Notes: generated by a model from the sequence alone, not told the origin. Numbered from the stretch's first letter, positions 11,151 to 25,152 are shown. The stretch is DNA of 34,990 nucleotides from Bipalium vagum (GCA_037834085.1 JBBMKC010211704.1:1-34990), one strand, 5' to 3'. Made by a program: numbers and translations.

Positions 11151-14100
11151 CCAAATACTTTTTAATTTTGAATCTGTCATATCTATTTGAAAGTTAATTC
11201 TGAGCCCCTTTACAACACAAAGTTTTATTTGGAGCTTTAATCCTGGTTTCAAAATCATTTTGTGCGCTTTTTGACGATGAAATTGAATCATAAATACAAA
11301 AAAGTAGTTATTGTGTATTGATAATTTATATCAATCATCCCTTTCTACCTATTCGTCAAGTTCTTTTGTCTGGTTCTCTACAATTGGTTTGGTGATCAGA
11401 AAAATTCAATTCATTGATTTTATAAATTCATCATATTTTGAATTTATATTTTGGATTTCGTTCGAAATGTTTTTAATCGTAGACGTTGAGATTCGTCCTT
11501 ACCAGACTCGTCGTAATAAATAATTTTGAAACGAAACACAAAAATATTTGTTTTGATTTTATCATTAATTTCATTTTATAAAATCTACGAATATATTAAA
11601 TGTTTTCTTTGACAGAAAATCTGACAATTATTTTTCCACTCAAACTGAGGACGATCTAAGTATAAGATTAAATTATTATTTCTTTGAAGACGAGTGGAAT
11701 TGTATATCTAAGAAGTAAAGCTGAAAAACGTGGTATTTTAATTAATGAAAAACAGTGCAGATGTAATTCACTAATAGGTATCCCTCGATTTTGATATTAA
11801 TTGATGCTCATCTGTCACTTATTAAAAAAATATTGAATTATTGAAAAAAAATATTGAAAATTGACATTTTTATAAAAATTGATCATGGATGAAAAAATAT
11901 TTTATATAATCGTTATAATTGATTTATTTAATATTGGCTAAATTTTTATTAATCTTAATAATTTAAACGGAATTCTGATGAAAAAGTCTCAATATTAAAC
12001 ATCTTTTAATTAATTTGTTTAACTAAATTAAAGGAAAAATAAAAAAACCCACAACATATATATATGAGCATAAATCTTTTTGAAGTATTTTATTGAAACG
12101 TTAATTTTCTGCTCCTTGTAATATTGTTATTATCTGAAAAGAAAACGTGTTTTATCCATGGGTTTTGTTTTAATTGAAATTATCATTTAATTAAAAATTA
12201 CAAATATATGATTAATTCTATTTGTTTTAGTTTTGAGTATGCAATTTCAGAGCATTTTACTGAGAAATGTTTATAAAAGGAAATTGTATATGAAAGGGAA
12301 TTTTCATTTAATTACATCTTTGTCCTAAGAGAATTGTGAAATTATTGATCTTAAAGTTTAAAGAAAAAATGTCTCATATCTTCATTTAACAAAGGTATAT
12401 ATTTTTAATAATAATGTTTTTTTGATGTCAATTGAAATATTTTGTAATTATTGTCAGTTTTGGCCTTTATACAAACAAAATCTTATTAAATTTTCTCGAA
12501 TTTTTCATTAAAAATGTTGTAATCATTTTAAAGAAAACGTTTTCTACTGTGAAATCGAAAAAAATAATGGTTTATTATTATTTATTAAGAAATTATTGTT
12601 TTTGTTTTAATTTATAAAAGCAAATAATCATCTAAAATATATTATCAAAATCAGTAGTTAAAGAAAATTGTTAATTCATTAAAAATAATGTCAATTATCT
12701 TTTAAAAATAAGCGATTCGTTAATTTATTGTCGATACTGTTCAGTACACTGAAAAATATTACTGATTTTTTAATAATCATTCATCTATAATTTCACACTT
12801 TCGGGACCGGAAAAATAAAACATTTTTTAGTTGTGAAATAATAAAATGAAAGTCAATATTATAAAATAATCGATAATTTATAAAAAATGTATATTGATCA
12901 ATCGATAATATGTATTTAAAATAATCAAATAATGTGTTTTTTATTTTTCTCTATTCTTAAAATAAGTTCTCTTTGGATTGGAAAAAGTCCTTTGATTGTT
13001 GAAGTTATAGTTGAATTACTGTACTTAGAAAGATAAAAGTGCATCTTAAATATCAAACAATGAATAGCAAAATACAATTAATTTTCATAAAAAATTCTTT
13101 TATCAATTGACAAATAAGAGAAAGAGAATAATTTTTTAGTTTTTTGAAAATGAAAACAACATTTGAAAAATATATGCACTAGGAAAATCTGTAATTTTTA
13201 CAATTACATCGATTTTCATAAATAATTATTAATTAAAATTTATATAATAAAAAGAATCTTTAGATTTTCTTCTTAAGCAATATTTAGTGGAGATTTTACA
13301 AATGGAAATTCTTTTAGAGCATTTTTTTGGTTTCCTTGAAGATTTCAAGTTTTCGAATTTTAATATTTTAATTAACTAATTTAATTATTGATTATCTTTT
13401 TGATTTTTTTTGGTAAAACCTGATTACTATAGAAACCTTTAATCATGTCAAACGAAACGCATAAATTATGAAAGATAAAGCTAAAATTAAGAATTTGTTT
13501 CCAAATTCTGACTTATTTGAGCAAAACACCCCTTTTCAACGTTGTTTACTTCCGAGTTTTTTAGGAAACATTTTGTATAAAAAGCGGACACAATTGGAAA
13601 GTCTTCATTCAAATTTTTCTTATATATGGTAACCCATATCGGATTTATGTATATTATATTATTATTCTTTACAGCAATACTCTGTAACAATGGATTATTG
13701 ATTGTTCATCTCAAGATATATATCTAAAAATGGTATTATTTACTTTTCTTAATAAATATTTCATGACCGTTCATTGGCCCTTACATTAATATAGTACACT
13801 TTTATAAAAAGTATGCTCTCCTTAATTAGAAGCGTTTGTTATAAAGTATTTTAGTTCTGTTTAACCATCGTAGTAGAAAGGTTTTTCTTCAGGTCTCGTT
13901 TATATATGATGTCTATATAAAACAAATTCAAGATAAAACTGTAAATTTTAAACACGGAAAAAATTTATTTAATTAAAATTTGAGTTTTTTCCTCAGAATG
14001 ACCTTGGACTTTAGGAAACTTAAGCTAGCGATTATAGAAGTCATTTATGACATCTTGACACATTTTTGGTTTCCAATTTGAATTTACTGCCATTAAATTC

Positions 14101-14227
14101 GATAACATTGACTTATTAAAACAATTAAACACTTACATTAAATTTCGGAGATTTTATTTCTTAGGAAAATGTAAATGGAATATATTTATTTATGATGTAC
14201 CAATGTGATTTTCACATAAGAATAGTA

Positions 14228-15398
14228 ATGTCACTTTCAAAGTAATCACCGTCAGCTGAAATACATTCATTCCAATGTTTTACTTATTCTCTCTACACTT
14301 CTCGTATTCAATTCTGGGTATTTATCGTAGATTCTCCATTGATTTTTGTCTTATCGCTTATATCGACTAAGACCATGAAGTTGAAGTTTTAACTTCGGAA
14401 ACATAAAAAAGTTTTACGACTGGACATCGGGTGAATATGTAGCTTGTTCAATGGTATTTGTCTAGTGATTACACAAAAATTCACATAAAAACAACGACGG
14501 GCGTTATCCTGAAGAAAGACATAGAAGTTTGGAAGAATCCAATCCAGTTGGAAGTTTGACCTAATCACCTCCTAATTGCACACTCACAGTTTGGACTGTT
14601 CCAAACCACGTGCACAAAACCTCGGAAAAAGGATTAGAAAAAAATTGGGTTTCGATTTATTTTGACATTTTTTTGGCAATTCACTTGAGGGCTTCTTGTT
14701 TTCTCTTTCATAAGCATGGATCCAAGTTTCATCACCAGTTGTTATTCGATTTATGAACGTAGGATCATTTTCATATTGAAGCAACATCGTCTTAGAAACA
14801 TCAATCCGACGTTGCTTTTGTCTCAATTTCCAATCTTTTGGAACCAGTCTTGTCGTAATACGTGTCATACCAAAATATTGTGTAAAATAGATTTTCTGGA
14901 ACCAAAAGGTATTCCAGACAATATGACAAAATTTTGGAAATGAAGTTTCCAAATATGATTTCTTTGATCTTTGTGACATGTTCCTCATTAACTAATGTTG
15001 GTAGCATTCCTTTGCCAGGGTCATCAGGAAATTTGATAGGGCTATCTTTAAATAATAAATTTCTGAATAAAATATTTATGTTTTCGAAATATTTCTGTAA
15101 TATTTATCAATCATGCTGACAGTATTTGTTCCTTTTATTTCATTGGAAATTCAAAATTTAATGCAGATTCGATGTTCAATTTTCGCATTCATTGTTAAAA
15201 TGGAAGATCATTAAAATATTCCATTTCAACTAAGATCTTAACTCAAAAGGTTGCGATTAATTCTAAAATATGATAATAAACTTTTAAATGGACATGCAAA
15301 ATAGAAGTACCAATATAAAAATGGCGAGTACTGGTTAGTATAATGCTTGAGGCTCTTTCAAGTAACATATTCACGATATTTTTTATCACAGCAGTATA
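14228..15398 (-). mobile_element. Degenerate mariner transposon (irritans-like)
   Basis: GMTRITTRLVPK..QKQRRIDVSKTML..NDPTFINRITTGDETWIHAYE (first catalytic D, WVPHEL-equivalent) and C-terminal WNECISADGDYFE. TIR-like TATACTGCTGTGATAAAAAATATCG at the 15398 end. Confidence 0.9.
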
Positions 15399-17282
15399 CG
15401 AATATATTTTGCAATGCTCCAAAATCGGAAAATCACTTTAAAAAAACACTGTACATTTATTAAGAAACTAAACTTACGACCATTTTCCTCTTATGGTATT
15501 TGTATTATAATTATTATTTGGAAATCAAAATGACCAATGATGATCAAAGGGTCTTAATTTTGTCTTCATCATCACTGAAAGGGTTTAGTAACTTCTATTT
15601 CTCACAGAAGTTTAAATAGAATGTCAGATAAATTGATGATATAAATTAACCAAGAAAACGGTCGTTGCTTTTATAGCGTTCTTCTTTTTGGTTAACTAAA
15701 TCATGAAATCATTTTTCAGAGGGTTTTTCAATTTTCAGATTTTGATTTTCTTATTAATAACAATAAACTTTTAGAAGCCCATAAAAAATAACGGTTTTTG
15801 CCAATCTTGAGGTCCAAATGTTGATCAAAACACAAAAATTCAGACACCTGTTAATGTCAATTTAATTTCTAAATTGCTTAAAAATAATTTAGTAAAGTTA
15901 ATCCAGTGTTAATTATTTTTAACATAACATTTTTATAATTTTCATGCAATACAGGGTCGTTAAGATCAATCCAGAAGTTTCCAAAGTTATATTAAAATCA
16001 TCATTGGAGTAATCAATATAATTATTTGTGTTTAATTAAATTAATTTATCAATAAAATAGATTAATCAATTTTGAATTATTTAATATTCACTATGGATTC
16101 AGAATATGACCGGAGGAAAACAACATCGTTGGAATCACATCGAGTGGGAAGAAAGAAAAAATAATTAACCTTAAAATATTAAATATGTATAATTTTATTA
16201 TTTTTTTATAGAATAAAATAAAATACTCATTACTGACGAAATACAAATCCGTCACATTGGTGTCTGAAAAGGGTTTAAATATATTTGTAAATTTCCGATT
16301 TATTTTTCAGAAAATAAATTTAATGTAATTTTTATTAGTGGACTTTTTTTGGTAATTCAAAGAATTTTACGTTTTCTTCATTAGACGCAGTCTGTAACTT
16401 AATCCCTAAACACATTTGAAAGTAGCAGAAATCTTATATATTTCAAGCGTTATGATTTTTTAAAAGATTGCTTTTGCTCTTTTCCACATTTTCCGTTTCT
16501 TAATATTTTAAAAATTATTTTTAATTAATTTTTTTTAATTTTCATTTTTCACACTTTTTCTGGAGCTCATTTCTTGGAAGTTCTGCGTTATATAAGAAAT
16601 ATTAAAATAATTTTTACACTTTTTGATCAACAATTTGATATGATTTTATTCAATGTTAAATTTTAAAGTTATTTTTTAATATAGCAAACAGTATCGATTT
16701 TTATTTTAATAATATTTTATTATTTATTATTTATTATTATTATTTAGATTAAAAATATAAATAAAATTTGAATTAAGGGAATTAAAGGAAATAGAGCATG
16801 ATATGAGATCAGTGGATAAAAAAATTAAACTTAATAAAAAAATAAAATAATGATGAAAATCAATATTAAATTCATACATAAAAAAATGGAGTATCTAAAA
16901 TAAAATTTAGTGTGAATAATGATGACATTTTATACGTAATAAAAATAATTTTGATAATTTTATGTGAAATACATAAATTATTAAACGGAAGATTGGTCAT
17001 AATAATATTCTCAGTTTATTTTATGATTATGATTATTTTATAGTTTATTCATAATTTTAAAGTCGGATTAGTCCAATCATAATGGCACAGATTTTATATT
17101 GTTACATAATGTACTTAATAGATGATCGAGCATTGAGTTTAGTTTAAAGTCGATTTTATTTTTTTTCTAGGGGATAATATGGTATTGATTTTCAATCACC
17201 TAATTTAAAAGTTTTTAAGACGATTGAAGTATAAAAATAGAATTTAGACTTTAGCAAATATGTCTGAAAAATATAAATATTA

Positions 17283-18490
17283 TTAGGTTCCCGGAAAGTC
17301 TTTTAGATGTTTGCATTATGTAAGATGATAATAATTTTTCCGTGTGTATGAATACAATATCGAAACAGTTAATGTAATTTCGTTATTAGAGTATGGCAAT
17401 ATCCATTTGTACAAAAATTTCAATTTGTTTATATACATCAATTTTATACGGCGCCTTTTTGAAAATACAAAATCAAAATGAAAATTTTAGATATATTGCA
17501 CTTTATTACTTTAAAAAGGCAACACAACTGCAGACACACATCGATAACTATAAGTATGAAGAGTCTAAGTCAAAGATAAAATAACAGAATGCACTTGCCG
17601 GATTTGGTATACCAAATTTCATTTCGGAAATTTCTCTATACAATATGCATCACGCTATGGCAGACCAGTTTAACATAATGAAGACCAGTTAAAAGTAATT
17701 ATCGAAAATTCGTGAGATCGGACAGAAGTTGGGCTTGTCGAAAGCAACTATTGATGATTATTTAAGAAATCGGAAATATTCAAAAAAGCTTGATATTTGA
17801 TCCCAGAGAATCTAGATGAAATTCAGTTATCTCAATGTATCAATATTTGTGACATGCTCCTCATATGAAATAAAAGCAATCCATTTTTGAACAACCTGAT
17901 GACAAGTGACGTAAAATGAATTTTATGCATAATGTCCAACGCAAAACTTCATGGTCGAAGTGCGGCGACATTAGTCAAAGAATATCACAACCTGATAACC
18001 ACCAAAACAAGTTATGCTATCCATAAGGCGGAATTACAAGATTCAAATGTATACTGCCAACAACTATCAAGACGTCCGGAATTAGTAAATCTTACACGTG
18101 TTGCGTTTCATCTCGACAACACACTTCAGCAAACTTATTGGTTACATGTCAGAAATTATAGTCATGACATTGCACCAGTAGATTACTACTTGTTCCTCTC
18201 TTTACAAAATTCTTTGGCCAGAAAAAAATGCATGTATAAAAAGTCAAATTCGTGATAAAATAATATTAGTTGAAAATATGACCTAGAGGTCATGATAAAA
18301 ACGTACCTGGAAGATTTTGCCGAAATAGATAAAAATTTTATAAAGGTGGAATAATCAAAGTACTTTTGAGAGATGGAAACTCATTCTTGAACAATTGGTC
18401 AATATTTAATATAATATAATTTTATCTTCGTACAAAATGTTGCGACTTTTTATGTTTTAGTAATAACCGAAGACTTTCCTGACAATCTAG
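17283..18490 (+). mobile_element. Near full-length degenerate mariner transposon (mellifera-like) with both TIRs
   Basis: Left TA-TTAGGTTCCCGGAAAGTCTT matches right reverse complement TAGATTGTCAGGAAAGTCTT. Transposase fragments QNENFRYIALYYFKK, NPFLNNLMTSD, RPELVN..VAFHLDN and YSHDIAPVDYYLFLSLQNSL, with many stops and frameshifts. Confidence 0.92.
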
Positions 18491-18519
18491 CTAAACTAGA
18501 GATGCGTGTTTTCAAAATT

Positions 18520-18880
18520 AATTCGATGTGGACCCATTTGTTAAGTCTATTTTTTTACAATTGAATACAAATGATTTTCTATGACAACGTGACTGTATTT
18601 GAGCTTCTCCGCAAGTACCCCAGTAGATTGTCTAGGATCTCTCTGAATGATTTATTTATTCTCCATCATATAACATTTGAGGATATCCTCCATGCTGACC
18701 ATCTTTCAGATCTACATTCCCACGTTTAAATCGTTAAAACAATCTCCTGCATTCAATATTACAAATAACTGTCACTAAATAAATCGCATATTATTCAGTA
18801 TGATTCCTCGACAGCCTCTTGTTTAACATCATACCACGTGCAAATCATTCCTATTTCTAAGCCTATTTTTCAACTAAGAA
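18520..18880 (-). mobile_element. Mariner 5' fragment
   Basis: Minus strand RFKRGNVDLKDGQHGGYP (consensus RF.SG.FDL.D..RSGRP) and a decayed KWVPHEL. Confidence 0.7.
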
Positions 18881-20569
18881 TGAATTAGGTGAAAGATAAT
18901 ATTAATAAAATATTATGAGACAAATATACATAATAAAATTTAAAGTGCGCGGTTGTTTGGTGGTTAATCAATAGTAAAGGTTATTCATTCTATTCTATAC
19001 ATTTCTAAGTTAATATAACATAACACGAACAACATTTACATCTCGTGGACAAATAACACAATAAATTAAATTATGAGAGCGGAAATTGGAAATCAATAAG
19101 CAAGAGATCAGATAAGAGTTTTAAAATGATAATAAAAAGGTACGCTGCCGGGTCACTAGTCTTGGAGCACATCGATGTTTAACCATATTCTCTAACAATA
19201 TATCATTTTAAATTGTTCGAAAAGGGGTTCCATAATATTCTTTGAGTAGATTGACTATCTCAAAGAAAAAAAAAGCTGTCCAAAAAGGTTTCTAAAGATT
19301 TTGTTGTATGTACCTCTTTCTTTAGCGGATTTACTCCATTTTCAGTACACTCAAAGAAATTCTGATAAAAAGCACATAAATATTATTTTCAAAAAATATT
19401 GACCGTGCAAAAACACATCCTTTGTGAAGAAAGATAATAGACCGTCTGCATAATAGATTTCTTAGCCGATTGGACGGAACATTAGATAAAATTGAGTCTC
19501 TAGGGATGTTGAAGGTAATTTATGATATTAATTACAACAAGACAAAAGGCAAGAGAGATAAATTTAGAAACAGAAAAGCAGTTTCTCGTCATTGTACTTT
19601 CAAATAATATGAAACGGCTCTGTTGTTTTTGTGAGACGTTTCTCCGTTTCTCTTAAGATACCGTAATCTGTCTGCATGATATTTTGCAGGAATAGTTTTG
19701 ATATTTTGCAGACTTGATCAATGAAAAAATATTTTTTAACTAATAAAATCGGCAAAACTACTTTTTGGGAAATTTTTCAAGTTTTCTGGTCCTTTTCGAA
19801 ATGGGAGTATTTGGAAAGATTGAGGATAAGCAAGAAAAATCGATATTTTTTAAAATTTTAACCAGAGCGAAGATAAAATTAAAAGGGAAATCATTCTTCT
19901 GGTGCTCGAGGAAATGCTAACTCAGTAATTCTCAATCTTTGTGATATCGCCCAAAAACACATTATCACAAGGGATTTTTGAGTGAAGAAAGGTGAATACA
20001 AAATTAATGGGTGAAAGGTTAAATTTTAAAAATGGTATTCCTCGTGAAAGTGGGACATCGAAGCATTATTATAACTTCAACATAAAACTTCTGTTTTTCT
20101 TTCGTCAAAAGGCCATTGTCATCTCACACCATCTTTTTCTAAAGATATTATCACAATGGCGTGGATCCAATCATCTTAACCTTAAATAATATACGACGGT
20201 TATAAAATCTCTTTTCCTATGTATACAGATTTTTAATAATTTTCTTTTATCATCAATTTTAATTCTCCTTTGAACGATTTTCATTTTCTTGGTATTCTAG
20301 GAATGTTCCTCTATATATGAAAATACACAATTTATGTCAATGTTTGTTTCCTATACTGATTTTCTGAGAAACGGTTATCTTTTTCTTCAGATAATCTATT
20401 TCATTTGTCTTAGTATGATGCACAAAATTCCTGATATAATCCTTGAAAGAAAGATTTTGCATAATCATTATTCACCAACATTGGAAATCTCAACAACAAT
20501 CACATTATTCTTGGTTCGGGGAGTGTTCGATATGAAAATGGCGATTTTTTGACAGTGCGAAAAAGTTTA

Positions 20570-21020
20570 TTTTTCTTCAAAGTAATTTCACTGGCTTTTT
20601 TGACTACCTCCAAAAATCCTGTTTCAATGCCATTCACTCAACATTCCATTATTTGACATTCTTGAAATTGTGAAAGCTCTGTCCAGAGAGACAATATGTC
20701 ATCGATCTAAACAAGTAATAATCAGATGGACCAATATCTGGCGAGTACGTCAGATGGGATAAGACAATCAAACAAAATTCATCCATCGTTTCCTTAACCG
20801 GTTTTGAAACATGAGGTCGAGCGATATAATTTAATGTTCTTTAGAACACCGTAGACGTTTTTCTTTCAATGCATCACTTAACTTTAGAAATTGTTGTTGA
20901 TAACGTTCACCAGTAATCGTCTGAAATGGTGGCAAGAGCTTGTAGTAAAACACACCGTTCTGGTCCCATTATATGCACAGTAATGTCTTTTTCCGCTGAA
21001 TATTAACTGATACTTACGAT
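20570..21020 (-). mobile_element. Mariner 3' half relic (mauritiana-like)
   Basis: KKTLLCI*WDQNGVFYYKLL...ITGERYQQQ, ARPHVSKPVKET and YSPDIGPSDYYLFRSM. Confidence 0.9.
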
Positions 21021-21073
21021 TTTTTGATTTTGACTGAATCATTTTGTTTAATTAATATTTTATTTTGATTCAG

Positions 21074-21315
21074 ATAAATGCTTCTTGCCCAAGATGACTT
21101 CGAATGTGCAATTGCAAATCAATCAAGATTCAATTGATTCCCCAGATAAAAGCATAGATGATCTACATGATAACAGTATTTACAGTAATGGATCCGTTTT
21201 GAGTGATCCAATGTGTAGATTTTGTCATTTATCAAAAAATACTCAATCGGATCTATTGATTTCACCATGTTATTGTTCTGGCACCTTGAAATATGTGCAC
21301 CAAAACTGTTTAAAG
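21074..21315 (+). CDS. MARCH-family RING-CH E3 ubiquitin ligase, exon 2 (first part of RING-CH domain)
   Basis: Translation contains PMCRFCH...LLISPCYCSGTLKYVHQNCLK, the RINGv/RING-CH signature (C-x2-C...P-C-x-C-x-G-x4-VH-x2-CL). Acceptor TTTTGATTCAG|, donor AAG|GTTTGT (phase 0). Confidence 0.93.
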
Positions 21316-21428
21316 GTTTGTTGAACTTATTTATTTATAATATTTTTTATATTTTTATATAAATTTTTTGTGATAATATTCATATTAATTATATTATCAT
21401 AATATAATTATCTTTAAAATTATATAAT

Positions 21429-22150
21429 ATAGGGTCATTAAATAGCGTCGACACATTTTTGGCGTGTAATAACGACCAAATAAATCAAGAGGTGAATATC
21501 ATTCATTTTCTATATAACAGATTTGAGCTGGAAATAATTTATAAGAAATGAAATTTTCTGAATGTTTTAAAAATTCGATTCTGGAACACCAACATTAATT
21601 TCAACAAAGACACGAATAGTGTTACCTTTAAGAGGTTTGAGGTTTTGTGGTTCATTGGTGTAGACCAATGATTTACCATAAAACAAAAGAAAACAGTCCA
21701 TTGGAGTTATACCATATGATCTAGGTGGCCAGTTGTTACCAGTTTTTTGGAAATTACATGGCCTCCAAACTTTCTCCAAATAAATAAACTTTATCGAAAC
21801 TTGTTATGACAAATTGAACCATCTTGCTGAAACATGTTATGAAGATCTAAATTTAAAGAAAAATCTAAAAGTAAAGTTTAGTAAGCGTGTTCCGGTCGAC
21901 GTTCTCCATTGGAAGAGTCTGTATTTCTATTTTTATTTTCTTAAAGATACGGACCATAGTCCACACCAAACTTATTTTTGGCATCACAAACACTGACACT
22001 TGCCTCAAATTTATCTATTAAATTACGTATGGTCAGCTCTATTGGCCGATTATGTTCACCATAAATTTGGAATTATCGATCGAAAACTTTCATTTTTTTT
22101 ATAGTACGCTATTATAATTCCCATATGTTGTAGAATGACGTAATTATTCA
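21429..22150 (-). mobile_element. Degenerate Tc1-like (DUF4817-type) transposon
   Basis: NWPPRSYGITPMDCFLLFYGKSLVYTNEPQNL corresponds to WPPRSPDLTPLDFFLWGY.KS.VY..KP. A TA+TAGGGTC terminus lies at about 21429. Confidence 0.85.
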
Positions 22151-22639
22151 TTATAATTTACCTGATATTGCAGATTATTGATTCCAAATTTGGAGGCAAT
22201 CAATAAATAAACTCAATAGATACAGTTAAACAAAGATGTGCAGTCATTTTTTAATGAACACAAATAAATTACTTGTACTTATATTTCAATTATGGTTCTT
22301 AATTCTCAGACTTATGTTCTTTTTCAAATCAAACGCAAAGATCCATTGACGTGTTATATAAATACTTGAAAATTTAATCAAAAAAAGTCCAATAAAAAGC
22401 TCTCGTCCATGATTTAGGTTATCTTGAAGAGCTGTAATGTGTTGGTCACGCGCTTATAGAAACAGTTGGCAACCACTGGATCCTATCTCTAGCAATATTG
22501 ATAGTTTATTGAGATTTTTGAAGTTCATTCTTTTATCCTTTTTCAAATATTCTGACCTTCACTTAGTTTCATTGAATTGGTTGACCGCTGATCAATTCAT
22601 GGGAAACAAAAAATTAAGTAAAAAGCGTACAACATTTTC

Positions 22640-23500
22640 TATACAGTTATGAACTTTTTTTAAGTCAAATGTTCTCTTTTTTGTTCGACCGCCTCTCGTC
22701 ATTTATCTCGGAAACTCATAATGCCATCACTGTTGAATTTCTCAGATTTCTGATTAAGAAACTAATCAATTTATTTTTGACAACCTTTCCCATTAAGAAA
22801 ATTCTGAGAATAAAAGTTGTAGTCGGACGGTGCTTTGTCTACACTATTCGCTGGATGTTTCAGAACTTCCCAGTCAAGCTCTTATAATTTTTGGTCAGTC
22901 ATTAAATTTTAGTGTGGTCCGCCCATATTGTCATGATGCCATTTCCTTTGAGCAATTCAGAACGTTTTTTTCATCGACTGATTTAATCTTTCAACTTGAC
23001 GACAATAATCAATAAATCAATTTTTTCGGTATCTCAGTATGAACGATTCCTTTCAAAACTCAAAAAAAACACAACACATAACGATAACCTTAACTTTTTT
23101 ATCGTTTGTGTAGCCTTATCCCTTTTGGCCTACGATCTTTTACCATCTCTCCGTAGAGATCATATTCAACCTCATTTCTTTTCAATAAACTTCGACAAAT
23201 AGAAATTGTTCTGATTAAATTCTTTTCAGATAAATTGCGGCCACCCATAGGTTTCGCGGTTGATTTAAAAAAGTTTCTTGACAAATTCTTCGAGTCTTAG
23301 CAATGTCACAACTACTTATGTGACGGTCTTTCATGAATTATTATTGTTGTGATTCCGTCCTCTTTATCTACGATTAATCGATTAGAGCGAGGTGCATCTT
23401 TCAACTTTCAAAGTTATCTTAAATTTTTAAAATAAATATTTTTTTCTTTTTCAATGTTCCGTTCTTGTGTTTTCGCGTATTATTTAATTAAATTTGAGAA
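22640..23500 (-). mobile_element. Degenerate mariner relic
   Basis: HHDN..PH...QKL.ELDWEVLKHPANSVDKAPSDY...QNFLNGK. Boundaries are approximate. Confidence 0.8.
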
Positions 23501-24679
23501 TAACAAATTAAGGAGAGTCACATTGCCCCAGTGTGAGATTAAAACCATTCCGACATCTTTAATATTAAATTATTCTGTCAAGATGACAACGTCGTGTGGC
23601 CTTTTCTAAATATATTAAACGTCAACGAAAAGAATATCAATAAGCGAAGCTAAACTAAATTTAAATCGTTGATAATTATCATCATTGTCTTGGACGTTTT
23701 CCTAACACAATCTTTATTAAAATAGTCTTGTTTGGCCAGGAACGTGTTATATTGATTTTGATATTTCCAAATCAATGTTGATGTCATAAATTTTTCTTCG
23801 TCAATAACTTTAAATTCTCAAAATGATGAATTTCTGAGCACAATGAATTTCCGGAGGGGTCATCACATTTGATAATGTTTCGCGGATGCTTTTTGGTCGT
23901 TCTTCCATTGTTCTCCAGGCTAGACACGCTCTACTAAATGTTTCTGTAACCTTAAACCGGTGAAAAACACATGTTTTAATTAGAGCAACGTAAAAGATTT
24001 TATTTTAAAAATCAATAAAAAATAGATCAGTTCAAAAATTTTATAAAACAATACGCACATATATATTAATTTTTTTCAGACATTCTCTAATGCGTGCTTT
24101 GATCCGTACATATCAATAATATGACTGAGCTCTTTTGATTAAATGAAAAAAAACAAGGAACTTTTGTCAATTGCTCTCAGCACGAAATAAATATTTCATA
24201 AAATATTCTTTTTCTTCCAATTTAGTTTTAAAAAAATTCTTTTTTCCAAAATTAAAACAAAAATTCATGACACGTAGGAAAAATATTTTTGCCTGTGACT
24301 GTTGAATTTATTTTTTTCCCGATGTTTTGTTTTCATTTTATTTTTAGATATTTACAAATGTAGATCTAATGAGAAGAAAAAATACCAGCGAAAATTAATC
24401 AATTAATCTATTAAAATTCCTCACAATTAAAAAAAAATAAAATCGTTTTTTACTCCATTTCTCAATTCTTTTCAATTTTCATGCTTTTATTTTGTTTTAA
24501 TAATCAAAACATAATGCATCACTTGCGAAAATAGACAAATAAAAATAGAATATTTCACAATGTCTACTTGTTAAATTAAATAATTGTTTTATTAATATTA
24601 TTTATTATTATTTAATAAAAATATTGATAATAATAATAATAATAAAATATTAACAGTAATAATTACAAACAATAGTAAA

Positions 24680-25025
24680 AATAATTATAATAACATTTTT
24701 TAATGAAATTAAACAAATCAATATTATTAGTAATATATTCGATTAATAATAATTTAATCCTTTTAACGTGTAAATATTTTTTAAATTAATTTAAAATTAA
24801 ATAGTGAAAATCAAAAAATAAATTTAACAATAAAATATTATATATAATAATAAAATATTAAAACTGGTAGAATTAATAATAAAAATTATCATAATAAAAA
24901 AATAAAATAATAATAATAATAGAAATAATTATGGAAATAATTATAATAAAAATTTTTATTGAAATCAATTATATCATTAATATATTCGATTAATATTAAT
25001 TTAATTCTCTTAATGTGAAAAGAAT
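24680..25025. repeat. Diverged direct duplication (~250-bp period)
   Basis: AATAATTATAATAA.ATTTTT..TGAAAT...TAATATATTCGATTAATA.TAATTTAAT...TTAA.GTG occurs at about 24680-24775 and again at about 24937-25022. Confidence 0.7.
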
Positions 25026-25075
25026 TTTACTTTCATTAATTTAAAATATTAATATATTAATACAAATAATTATAA

Positions 25076-25076
25076 A

Positions 25077-25150
<74 letters not shown>
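25076..25150. repeat. (AAT)n microsatellite
   Basis: Perfect AAT run of about 24 units. Confidence 0.97.

Positions 25151-25152
<2 letters not shown>

Noticed and set aside
15545-15595. LLNPFSDDED on the minus strand, resembling the bestrophin NPFGEDDDD motif
   Set aside because: Flanked by stops, no consistent splice model, and no other bestrophin motifs.
16093-16164. Short ORF MDSEYDRRKTTSLESHRVGRKKK as an extra MARCH exon
   Set aside because: Too short, with no convincing phase-compatible splice sites.
12790-20030. piggyBac-like termini (CACTTTCGGGACC near 12796, AAAGGGTTTAA near 16270, GAAAGGTTAA near 20015)
   Set aside because: The ends could not be paired or tied to TTAA duplications or to a transposase.
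25076-25150. Repeat arrays as CRISPR or telomere
   Set aside because: Simple trinucleotide microsatellites with no spacers, and not a known telomeric motif.
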